Shown in pieces: positions 38,790 to 53,540 of a stretch of DNA of 64,000 nt (position 1 is the stretch's first letter; each line of letters begins with the position of its first letter). Below the pieces are notes generated by a model. That model saw only the letters and a list, made by a program, of their open reading frames with translations. It ran no database searches and was not told where the DNA came from. The DNA is taken from the NCBI RefSeq assembly GCF_947568905.1, contig NC_079169.1:2604001-2668000 (forward strand), in the 5' to 3' direction. Both the position numbers and the translations under genes were made by a program. This DNA comes from Ostrea edulis (lineage: Eukaryota).

Positions 38790-41700
38790 TCATATTCCTT
38801 CCTTGGGTTTTAGACCTCGGATAGACAAGTCATACACCACTTCTTCCACCTTTTTCAGGTCGTATTTCAGTCCATCGAATCTCTTACGGAGTGCATCATT
38901 CTTAAGGTTTAGAAGTCGGAATCCAGTATCTAGCTCTGCCACAAATTTAGCAATTTTCATTGGTCTGTTGAAGTCTCCAGCTGTTACCGAGTTCACTGCC
39001 AACCTTGACTGAAAGGGTATATTGATAAGGACATTTGTAATCCATAGAAAGAAGGAATATCCAGAAGCATACACCTACATGTTGTACACACAATTCCACA
39101 AATTCAAAATCACATGTTAAAAACAAGATTTGTTTGTGAAACACTTTTGCCCTTGTATGGCAGTAAATTAATTCTGGTACCAGGAGATAGGTCTTATGAC
39201 TCTTGTCACAGGGAGTACACATATGAAATATGAAAGCCATATCACTAAGCATTCAAAAGTTATGGCCAGAGTTAATTTTGTTCAAAGTGGGTAAAACTTG
39301 CAAAGTCAAGAGGTAAAAATTTTAGTACCAAAGAAAGGTCTTTCACAAGGAATACACATGTGAAATATGAAAGCCCTATCACTATCTATGCATTGAAAAG
39401 TTAAGACCAAGGTTAAAGTTTTCCAAGTTAGGCCAACCTCCAAGGTCAAGGTCATGAGGTCAAAAAGTATGATGTCTTATGAAAGGTTTTGTCACAAGAA
39501 ATACACATATGAAATATGAAAGCCCTAGCACTAACCGTTCAAAAGTTGTGACCAAGGTTAAAGTTTTCATGGACAAAAAGACAGACCAAATTCTACCTAT
39601 ATGATCCCGAATCTATGAGTAAAGGGGCATAAAAATCCAATAATTGCCTTGCATATTTTGTTTTGAATACAACTTCAAGTACAAAATGAAGAAAGGGATA
39701 AAGAATTGAAACAGAACTTGGAAACAAAAACATACTCACCAGTTCACTTGCCATCTGTAACAAACCAATCAGATAGTCATCGAGATCCATGTGAAAGCCT
39801 TCTCCTTGTTTTAGTTTCACTACAATGTCAAACCTTCCTCATTACAGTTACTGATGAGTCTGTAAAACAATGCCATTACTAATATATCTAATCTAACCTC
39901 CAAGCATTGTCGCAGTTTCCTCCCTTGAAACAAGCTTCTCTGTTTTGAGGTAGGTAATCAGAGCTGACAGAAATGAGAGTTTTTGGAGAGCATATTTCCA
40001 ATGGTCATGAAACCTATCAAAACAAACACCGAGATAAAGAATATAAAATACAAAAAACATCTAGTGTTTACATTTACTACAGAGACTGTATTCCATTATT
40101 TGTTCTCTAAAATATATTCACCATTATCATTTTCTTGCAAATCAGATCAAAGTACATAATTGTTCTGTTATGATGCAAGCCAATAATTCATCATTTCCTA
40201 AATTACAAACTGACATAGAATGACATAAAACAAAACACTATGAGATGAATTCTATAATCCATCTATTTCCAAATTACAAGTCACTGTACACAACTTTGAA
40301 TCTGTTGCAGGTTATTTAAAAAAAATTTCTCGACTCCTTTTCAATCAACTTCAAATATACCATTTTTGTTTCAATATTACATGCAAGATTTCACAGGCAG
40401 TGTAAATGTCATGTTTTTTTCCTTCCATAAAATCAACAAAAATCGAACAGTGGCAAAAACTAAGGTGTATACAGCACTTGACAACAGAGAGTCTACTTGC
40501 GATGTTAGAGTAGTTTAGTACCTATAATACTGATTTTCTGGTACTTTTGAACTTAATTCCTGGAACTGCTTCCTTGCTGTTTCAAAATATGGCTCAGTGC
40601 ACTTGCATATGTCAGCAACTGAAGAACATTTTAATAAGAAATATTTGTAAAACATGCATGCCCTCTTTTATTCCAATTCGAAACCTGGTGACCTTGAACT
40701 ATTGACCTGAAATGTATTATAAGCGTCATCAAACGAAACTATTTCTTTGGTAAAACATTTTCTTCTGAACAGTAAACTAGAACACATGGAACAGAAACCC
40801 ATGGACCTTTTGATCAAAAAATGTCAAAAGGTAATTTACAACTTTATATGTTTGAAGTTTGATGACTATCAAGAAAAAGGTTCTCTAGCTAAAATATAGA
40901 ACTATCACACAATATGTGGTCTTCTGGGCAACAGATCTGTTGACCAACATGTGCAAGATAATAAGCCTTTCATCTTCAAAAGATGAGGGAAGTGGGCTTG
41001 ATACTTCATAAAGCTCAAAAGTGCATGGTGAAATGCAGTAGACATAAGACAGACAATTAATGCACCAACAAAATTTACAGTAAATCTTTTTTCACAGGTT
41101 AATATCAATGTGCATACCATTTTTACTTCCATCTCTCTGATGTACTTGTTGCAGAACAGCATGGATCTCTCTCGCTGTTTGTTCTAAATCACGAACAGTT
41201 GATCTGATCTCCTGTTAAAGAGACAATATTAAAGAGCATAAATATTTAATACACATATAGCACACTATGGTCTCATAAGCACAATATAAACCAAACCACA
41301 TCAGCTAGTAAATGAAATATAATTTAATATCTATGGAATAAGTGATAATTTCATGTAAACAAAATCATATATATATGTTTCTATATATAATTTTTAACTA
41401 GAATCATTTCTCCTGATTATGACCCTTTTTGTCTTTCTGTTTGCATTTTTAATTTAATAGTCAAAATAAAGAGGGTACCCCGAATTACCAAAATGCCTGC
41501 GATATACCGAAATGCCCCAAGAAATTACCAAAAGGCAACCTAAAACTACCGAAATTCCCCTCTAATTATATACATTAATGCATATCATTGACAAGTTTAC
41601 ATATATGTTAAATTTTGATGATAAAACACTTTTAAAATAAAGAATATTCAATGGTGTTAAATTTTCGTATTCACAGTGTTTAAAAGAAAGATAACTCTAG

Positions 41701-43187
41701 CAAAATTTACATCACTGATAAAAAAAAAATTTCCCATACAATATTTGTTTGAATGGCAAAATACATCTGTACATTGATTTAATTCATCTTAAACAATGTA
41801 TATGTATAACAACAAGGAAATAATGGTCGAACACATTCTTCTCATTCAAAGAAAAATAACATGAGTTACCTTCCTTAGATTGACACAAATTCTAACAAGA
41901 CTCTTTTTATATTAATTTTTTTTTTCAGAGGTGGAATTTTACACAATCAATCCCTAATCTTTCAATGTATAATTTTCAAAAAAAATTATCTAACGTGGAA
42001 TTTCGGTACTTTCAGTAATTTCTGTGGGCATTTCGTTAACTCACTGGCATTTCTTTAATTCGAGGTACCAAAATAAAGATCACTGAAAATTTCATTTTTT
42101 AGATATCATCAAAAAATAGGTAACAGATAAAGTACGTCGTGAAACATTACATTAACATATAGTCTATATATACCATGTAGCAGTCAATGGGCGCTTTAAA
42201 AGATCTGTATTGGATGTCAGAGCACACCGAGGTGCAGATGTCGGATCTGACCACAATTTAGTCATCACAAAAGTAATGCTTAAACTACACAAAATAGGAA
42301 AGAAGCCAACATCTTCAACAAGATTCGAGACATGCAAACTTAAGGTACCAGAAGTTCGGAAACAATTCCAAATAGAACTGAGGAATAGATTTAATGCACT
42401 CAGTGAAGACAGTACCATAGGTCCCAATCCTGATGATATAAAGGAAAGATGGAACAACATTAAAACTGCATATAATGAAACTGCCATAAACGTACTTGGG
42501 TATAGAAAAAGGAAAAACCAGGAATGGATAAGCCAGGGTAGTTGGAAAAAGGTAGAAGAGAGGCGAGTTCTAAAGGGCAAAGTAGAAAGTGCAAGATCTG
42601 AGAGATTAAGAGCTAGACTAAAAGAAAAGTATGGAGACAAAGACATGAAAAGAAGTTTTAGAAAAGATAAACGACAATGGGTAGATGACATTTTTTTGGG
42701 TCATGGACAGAGGCAGCAAGATCAGCCCAGGATAGAAGTAAATGGAGAGGACTTGTTCATGGCCCTATTCTCCACGAGGAGAGAAGGAATTAAGTCAAGT
42801 AAGTCATAGGCTATAAAATATACAGGATATTATATGAAATCAAATGCTGAGCAGCGACAACTTCAGACAAGGTACTAAAGTTTTATAATTTACTGTGTAC
42901 AGGTTTGCCTCAAAATTAATATACATAACAGTGACAGGGGCTTGAAGTTGTATTATTCAGCAAAAGTATGAGTCTATGGGATCATGGGAGGACCATGGCA
43001 TTAGAAATTATCTTTGATGGTTCATAACTTGGAAGTTTTGTCTCATTTACCCTATAACCATTATTCTTCACTAAAATTACAAATGTTCAATATCATGCAC
43101 CTCCTTTAAATCCTGTTCTTTGTTGAAATAACAATGGAAATCCGCAAAAACGTCTGCTATTCTTTCTGAAGACTCGTGTTCATCCAT
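38790..43187 (-). CDS. TSN: Translin (C3PO subunit), 6 coding exons, 230 aa
   Basis: Exons 43187-43101, 41211-41118, 40618-40522, 40013-39898, 39819-39740, 39008-38790, all GT-AG and in phase (693 nt). Translation includes EQDLKE-EIRSTVRDLEQTAREI...QYYRFHDHWKYALQKL...FHMDLDDYLIGLLQMASELSRLAVNSVTAGD...LLNLKNDALRKRFDGLKYDLKKVEEVVYDLSIRG, the Translin signature. In-frame upstream ATG at 43214 is possible. Confidence 0.97.
39120..39635 (+). mobile_element. HINE with three ~165-bp satellite units in Translin intron 5
   Basis: Starts AAACAAGATTTGTTTGTGAAACAC, repeats of CACAAGGAATACACATGTGAAATATGAAAGCCCTA, ends GACAGAC...GGGGCATAAAA. Confidence 0.75.
41473..42069. mobile_element. Mutator-like MITE in Translin intron 1
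   Basis: Long imperfect TIRs starting GGTACC(C/T)CGAATTA..AAATGCC; 10-bp TSD AAAATAAAGA at 41463-41472 and 42070-42079. Confidence 0.8.
42160..42806 (+). mobile_element. Internally deleted RTE-clade LINE relic in Translin intron 1
   Basis: HVAVNGRFKRSVLDVRAHRGADVGSDHNLVI (endonuclease C-terminal motif) plus linker to ~42690, joined to AQDRSKWRGLVH (RTE ORF end, 42725) and TAAGTCAAGTAAGTCA tail. Confidence 0.8.
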
Positions 43188-43506
43188 CTTTTTTTCTTTT
43201 GATAACTCGTCCATCAAATGATCAGCGTGTATCATTCAACAGTATCATGTTTCAAAGAATTAGTTGTTCATGCTTAGGCTATACGTTTCAAGTAAATATC
43301 TAAATAGAATTTTTAAAATCCTGTACTCATTTCAGCTAATTTCCAATCAACGGATTACGAAAATATACGAATCACATATTGTTTGACATATCCATTACCT
43401 TGCATTATTTACCTTGGTTTCTCGCACTGAACTTTCCAATAAACGCTGCACTCATGATTTGTGACGTAATTTGGCTTGTTTCTATAGAATAGTTCTCGTT
43501 ATCAAC
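43188..43506. promoter_or_regulatory. Bidirectional promoter region shared by TSN and RNF32
   Basis: Divergent start codons at 43187 and 43507; CRE/ATF-like TGACGTAA at 43462-43469; CCAAT at 43436-43440; minus-strand donor-like sites near 43398 and 43412 suggest a TSN 5'UTR exon. Confidence 0.6.
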
Positions 43507-47374
<3,868 letters not shown>

Positions 47375-47875
47375 CTTTCTTACAATGTCACTTATATAAA
47401 TATACACTATATAGCATTAAGATGATTTTTAGTACAGATGAGTAATAATTCATCTTACTGTGCTTGAATTTTCCTCAACTGTTTGTATGCACTACAAGAA
47501 TGGATAGTTCACATTAGAAATGCTAAAGCAAACATTAGCAATGTGTTATTTTAAAATGCTACAAAAATTTGCAGTGATTGAATTCACTATCCTTTGCATT
47601 ATTTCCGTAACTCAATAAATGACATATTTAGAACCAAAAAAAAACCCAACATATCCCCCCCCCCCCCCATATATTGCAAAAGATTTAATTTAAAATGTCT
47701 GTAATGATAAATGAAAAATAAGGTTATCTGTTAGTCAGGGGCAACCACAGTACTACAATGTAGGTTTGATCTCTGGATGAGTCAGGCAAACAGTTTTTAA
47801 GATTCAGAGTGAATTGATTTAAGATTCAAAATTAAAAGGAGGCAGATCTTGTGACTTGAAAACCATTTGGTGTAA

Positions 47876-48105
47876 TTTACTCTTTAGGGGGAGGAGTCAT
47901 TTACTCTTTAGGGGGAGGAGTTGATTTACTCTTCAGCGGTAAGAGTTATTTACTCTTCAGTGGTAGGAGTTATTTACTCTTTAGGGGGAGGAGTTATTTA
48001 CTCTTTGGGGGGAGGAGTTATTTACTCTTTAGGGGGAGGAGTTATTTACTCTTTAGGGGGAGGAGTTTTTTTACTCTTTAGGGGGAGGAGTTTATTTACT
48101 CTTTA
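47876..48105. repeat. 24-bp G-rich minisatellite x~9-10
   Basis: Unit TTTACTCTTTAGGGGGAGGAGTTA, some copies degenerate. Confidence 0.93.
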
Positions 48106-48800
48106 GTGGGTACCAGAGTACCAAGTTTGATGTATGTCATACAAAGGGTTCACAATATATTAAGCAGACAGTATTTTCTTATGTCCAGAGAAGTTTAACC
48201 CTTGACCTTGTGATCTCAGTCTATAGGGGTCACCTACTAGTGCTCATTAGGATGAACCAGTGTACCAAGTTGGATATTTGTCAGACAAAGGGTTCTCAAG
48301 ATACTGAGTGGACAATATCTTCAATAGCTAGAGTAATTTGACATGGTGACTTCAAAATCTATAGGGGTCATCTACTCCATAGGTAAAACCTTTGTACCAG
48401 GTTTGATGTTGAAAGAAAGGTTTCTAAAAATATTGAGGAAGCAGTATCTCATAGTATATCCAGAGTGATATGACCTTGCACCCTTAAAATCAATTGGGGT
48501 CATCTACTTCTCAAGGGAACAAATGTACCCCATTTGATATCCCTCAAGAATAGGGTTATCAGGATCTTGTGCAGACAGTATCTTCCTATGTTCAGAGTAA
48601 ATTAACCCTTGTCCTTTAACTTGTGACCTCAAAATCAATAGCTATAGGGGTTGTCTACTTTTTTGCATGGGGAACCCGGTTTAAAAATTTGATGTCTGTA
48701 AAGCAAAGGCTACTTTAGATATTGGGCAGACAACACTTGGTTTACAGCCCAAAACACCACCTAACCTATAGGTGAAAACCAATATCCATTTTTCAAGTTT
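48106..48800 (+). mobile_element. Degenerate HINE array, same family as 62403-64000
   Basis: Decayed ~125-bp units GTACCAAGTTTGATGTCTGTC...AAAGGGTTCTCAAGATATTG...GACAGTA...TGACCTTGTGACCTCAAAATC...AGGGGTCATCTAC. Confidence 0.75.
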
Positions 48801-49420
48801 GGTACAAAACTAATTGTGATCTTCTGGAATTATGTTTTTATTAAAATTGCCTTTTAATAGAATTCTTGACTGTAAAGACATTTTTAAAAATTAATTTCTC
48901 GAGGTACATTGTAAGCAGTGTTTTGTATAGAATGAATACATCTGTACATACAGCAAATTATATTATAATGAAGTGCTAGGTACAAGTGAAATTACTTCAT
49001 TATACACAAACTTCATTATGTACATTGTGTATAATGACTTATTGGCAATCCAACTAAAAAGTTTGCTATGCAAGAAATACTTTTAACTGAAAGCTTATTA
49101 ATTGCATTATTAAAAAAAAGAATAAATAATGTTTGTGTTTATTTCTTAGAGAAATCATGAATGGACGACTGCTTCCAGACTGAGGATTGTTTTCTCCACA
49201 TAGAGTCAATATCGACAATGCCTTATACATGTATATATTTCCATTCACTGCAATCTTTTCTCTTATGTTGCAATTGAAATTGACACTGCTTTCATCATAC
49301 ACTGAATACTTGTTTGTTGCAAACCAGTTCGATCTGGTTTTCTAGTACTACCTTTCTGCGAAATCATTACCAAATATTGGCAAACTTAATTCTAGTTTTT
49401 TGTTTTTTTTATAAATACAT

Positions 49421-50686
49421 AACAAGAGGCTGCCCACAGGCCTTAACAGTCACCTGAGTACTAGTGAAAAGTATCACTACTCCCAAGGGCTATGAAATCT
49501 AGAAGAAAAAATTCCAGTTCTGATTATCTAAGCTAAATTCTTATGACGTTGAAAGCAAGTTATAAAACAAGATCTGTTCTTAAAACTTCAATGCCCTCAA
49601 AAGTGCATACACGTACTGATGAAAGGCTTTATAATATAATATGCGCATCAACATTAAAAGATATGACTAATCTGAACCCATCCCAGGGTCAAAACTCTGG
49701 GTTGTGAAATTCACTATTTTTTGTACATCCCTTTCTGCTTTTCCTGATTATGCATTTAGATTTTATATCAGAGTATCAGCAAACTTAAAGACATCCTTCA
49801 AATTATTATAATTATTTTGACACTACCCTGAAACCAAACCCTTATCCCTGTAGGATCATGCAATTTACAATTTTGGTAATTAAAGGACTACCTACTCCTT
49901 CTAAATATCCACTTAGTTTCAATTCAGCATCCATAAACCTATAATGAAGGTGTTAATTAAATGTTTTACACATCAGTATTATGTACTAAGTCTGTCCCCA
50001 CCCTGGGGTCAAAACCCCTACCTCGGGGATCATTAAATTTACAATTTTGGTAGAGGCCTTCTGGCCTGCTCTACATCATTATGTATTTAGTTTTTCTTAA
50101 GATGTACAGTTCTAGAAAAGAAGATTTTTAAAATTGGTCAATTTTTGCTCTGACCCTAAGGCCTCAGGGGGTGCAGGCGTCCTGAAATTTTGATTCTATG
50201 CCCCCCTTGTTCCAAAGATGATTCATACCAAATTTGAAATGAATTTGAATGGTAGTTATCAAGAAGTTAAAAATCTCTATTTCTCACACATTTAATAACT
50301 GACCATTTTGGCCTTACCCTAATACCAAAACCTTCTCTTTCTAAATATCCATTTAGTTTCAATAGCACTAAAGATGTTATTTAAGTGTTTTACACATAAA
50401 CACTTAATATACAAATTTTTGCCCCACCTTGGGGTCAAAACCTCTACCCCGGGGATCATGAAATTTACAAGTTTGGTAGAGTCGTTTCTGCTCTATATCA
50501 CTTAGTTTTTCTTACACGTGCGGTTCTAGATTTTTGAAAATTTGGGCAGTTTTTGTCTCGACCCTAGGGGTGCTGGAATCCTAAAATTTACAATTTATGT
50601 CTCCTTTGTCAATTGTTAACGCAAGACGACGGACGACAACCAATTGCAATATATAATATAGGTCAGAGTTTACTCAGGTGACCTAA
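49421..50686 (-). mobile_element. HINE, copy A (copy B at 54830-56096; fragment at 61915-62344)
   Basis: AACAAGAGG..CCCACAGGCC end, subterminal inverted repeats GTCACCTGAGT / ACTCAGGTGAC, internal repeats with GGGGTCAAAACCCCTAC...GGGGATCAT, GACG microsatellite. Confidence 0.8.
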
Positions 50687-51040
50687 TTAAAACAATATCA
50701 ATTTGAAATTATAATACAAAATTTTATTCCTACTGTCATATAAATATATTCATGCATTGAACTATGTACAATATAACAAATTCATTAGTTAGAAAATATT
50801 TAACAAATTCATTTAGTTAGAAAACATTGAACAAATTCATTTAGTTAGAAAACATTGATCAATGAATGAAGTAATACTTATTTATAACAAATATTGTGTG
50901 GCAGCAAATCAACATGCAATACAGAAACAAAAACAAAGATAAAAATAGCACTATTTTACAGATCTAAATGAAACAGACCTCAAAAAGTCTACACAGAAGA
51001 TATAATCTATTAGCACTTTCCTCAGGATAAATAATTTACC

Positions 51041-51258
51041 AGCACTATACAAGCACCTCAGGATAAATAAATAACTTACCAGCACTATACAAGCACCTCA
51101 GGATAAATAAATAACTTACCAGCACTATACAAGCACCTCAGGATAAATAAATAACTTACCAGCACTATACAAGCACCTCAGGATAAATAAATAACTTACC
51201 AGCACTATACAAGCACCTCAGGATAAATAAATAACGTACCAGCACTATACAAGCACTA
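51041..51258. repeat. 40-bp repeat in 3'UTR of homeobox copy A (x~6; x~9 in copy B at 56449-56786)
   Basis: Unit AGCACTATACAAGCACCTCAGGATAAATAAATAACTTACC at 51041, 51081 ... 51241. Confidence 0.95.
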
Positions 51259-51339
51259 CGATTTCACAGGACAGTAACCAGAAGCAGGTCTGATATATCA
51301 TTAATCCCAGATTCTTTTTCCACACTAACATACTCACTA

Positions 51340-52638
51340 TCACCATTCACTGGGCACACACTTGTTAACACTGAGTGTTTTCCTCTTGCTGATCCCTAAT
51401 GAGCGTCTGCTTCTGTTCCTCTTGTTGGAGAACCATTTCTTCACCTGCTCCTCCTTGATTCCTCCTCTCACGGCTAGATTCTGGATGACATCAGATGGTG
51501 GGTGCGGGTGATCGAGATGACTGTAGTACCACTGCTCCATAAGCTGAACGGCCTTCTGGGATAGGGATGGTCTGGTCCGTAGGTTGTTCTGGCTGCAGGT
51601 CTGGTGCTGTGCTGTGGTGGTCATGTTGATGGTTGATGACTGCTGAGGTAGATTGTCCTCCAGGAACTGTAGACTGCTCTCCACTCGGTCCATGATGCGA
51701 TGATGGATGATGGTATAGTGTTGGTTGATGCTCTCTTGGATGTGGTGGGGCTGTCTGGAGTTCTGGTGAAGCGCACAGTAGCGATCAGTCTCCACTTGGG
51801 CACTCTGGTACTTAAAGAAGGATGTCAGGTCATTCATCTGCTGAGGATGGAAGGGACGAAGGCTGTCAAGTCTCTGCAGAAGCTGTCGTTCACGGCTGGC
51901 AGTGGACATCTCGGGTTGAATGGACTTGATGAGCACAGATGGAGTGTATGAACTGGCCTCTGAGCGGAAGATGGACTGAAGAGCACTGAAGATTTCGTTG
52001 GATGAGATGATGTTGTCACTGAAGTTTTTCTGTGGTATTGGAGGTGGTAGACACTTGAGAGCAAGCTGAAGTTCGTTGTCTGGAGATTTCTCTGGTGTGG
52101 GTTGGTCGCTGATGAGGGAAGCCAAGAACTCATCAAATCTGGTCTCTGCTTTGCTGGTATCAATGTCATTCTGGCTGGAAGATGAGATGTTGTTCTCTGA
52201 AAATTTCTCTGGTGTGGGTTGGTCGCTGATGAGAGAAGTCAGGCACTCATCAAATCTGGTCTCTGCTTTGCTGGTGTCGATGTCATTGTGGCTGGAGGAT
52301 GAGATGTTGTCTGGAGATTTCTCTGTTGTGGGTTGGTTGCTGATGAGGGAAGTCAGGCACTTGTCAAATCTGGTCTCTGCTTTGCTGGTGTCAATGTCAT
52401 TCTGGCTGGAGGATGAGATGTTGTCTGGAGAATTCTCTGGTGTGGGTTGGTTGCTGATGAGGGAAGTCGGGCACTTATCAAATCTGGTCTTTGCTTTGCT
52501 GGTGTCAATATTCTGGCTGGAGGTGGTGAGAGGCTGGGGTGTGGCTGGGGAATCGTCAAAGATGGTGGCCTTGATGATGTCCTCCAGCGTGGTATTAAAG
52601 TTGATCTCGATGTGGGGTGAAGAAGCACGATCAGCCAT
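51340..52638 (-). CDS. Divergent TALE-class homeobox transcription factor, copy A (spiralian-specific SPILE-like), 432 aa, intronless CDS
   Basis: C-terminal homeodomain RTRPSLSQKAVQLMEQWYYSHLDHPHPPSDVIQNLAVRGGIKEEQVKKWFSNKRNRSRR with the three-residue loop extension and WFxN; upstream helical block QQMNDLTSFFKYQSAQVETDRY...INQHY...IMDRVESSLQFLE; four 38-aa N-terminal repeats. Confidence 0.9.
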   Translation of the reverse strand: MADRASSPHIEINFNTTLEDIIKATIFDDSPATPQPLTTSSQNIDTSKAKTRFDKCPTSLISNQPTPENSPDNISSSSQNDIDTSKAETRFDKCLTSLISNQPTTEKSPDNISSSSHNDIDTSKAETRFDECLTSLISDQPTPEKFSENNISSSSQNDIDTSKAETRFDEFLASLISDQPTPEKSPDNELQLALKCLPPPIPQKNFSDNIISSNEIFSALQSIFRSEASSYTPSVLIKSIQPEMSTASRERQLLQRLDSLRPFHPQQMNDLTSFFKYQSAQVETDRYCALHQNSRQPHHIQESINQHYTIIHHRIMDRVESSLQFLEDNLPQQSSTINMTTTAQHQTCSQNNLRTRPSLSQKAVQLMEQWYYSHLDHPHPPSDVIQNLAVRGGIKEEQVKKWFSNKRNRSRRSLGISKRKTLSVNKCVPSEW

Positions 52639-52926
52639 GATGAATCACGATATACACAACACAAAGCACTAACACCTAAACATACTAAAATACAAAATCA
52701 CTCAACACAACATATACACTATTACTTACAATGTACAGACAATATGACTGCAGGTAAGCAACACAGAAAGAACACAAATTCACAAAAACAAGGAATGAAT
52801 TCAATAGGTGCAAAATGTAGAATTTATTGCTCCAATGAATTAGGCAATCTATAGGATTATATCAGCTCTCTGATACCTCAGACTGGATCACAATATGTGA
52901 ATAGTTGAAATTCAATAGCAAGGGGC

Positions 52927-53540
52927 TTTTTATAGACACAAAGTTCTGCTACAATTCAGCTTGGATTGCAAACAAAGATGTTCATTGGTCATGAGGTGTT
53001 TCCATCAGTTGTGATTGGTTGATGAATCCAATTATTTAACAAGCTAAGTTGGGACTGGCTGGTTTTGCATCATTGACCACACCTTTCCTTGGTCTGAGAA
53101 ATCAGCTTGGGGTCATTAGGGATAGCTTGGGTGTGGTCACCTTGTGGTGTGGGGATCAAAGTAAGCAGCTGGTTACTAATTGATCATAATTAATACTGGA
53201 GACCTACAGATCAAAGGGAAAGACCGTTCTCTGATTGGTCATAGTTAATACTCTACAGAGGGGATGAAATTAAGTGATAAACAGATCTATAATGGGTCAC
53301 ACTAAATGGTCAATCAAAGTGATAAGCTTGTTGCTGGTAAGCCATTATTTCAAACACAATATGTAACAGATCAAAGTGAGAAGATGATCTAATTAGTGCA
53401 CAGATCAAAGTGAGAAGATGATCTAATTAATGCACAGATCAAAGTGAGAAGATGGTCTAATTAGTGCACAGATCAAAGTGAGAAGATGGTCTAATAAGTG
53501 CACAGATCAAAGTGAAAATATATGGTCTTTGACTAATCCT
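52927..53540 (-). promoter_or_regulatory. TATA + multi-CCAAT promoter and TCF/LEF-site array of homeobox copy A
   Basis: Minus-strand TATAAAAA at 52934-52927; CCAAT boxes at 52984, 53014, 53028, 53234; ATCAAAG at 53155, 53210, 53313 and in 34-bp repeats (AGATCAAAG at 53368, 53402, 53436, 53470, 53504). Confidence 0.65.

Noticed and set aside
38790-39074. Supplied ORF starting MYASGYSFF
   Set aside because: The first 22 residues are intronic; the true Translin exon starts at 39008 after TTTCAG. Likewise the ORFs at 39593, 40905, 44043, 45237 and 45642 are exons read through into introns.
52076-52672. Antisense and alternative-frame ORFs over both homeobox genes (also 57604-58327)
   Set aside because: By-products of the 114-bp coding repeat and codon bias of the sense ORF; no independent motif.
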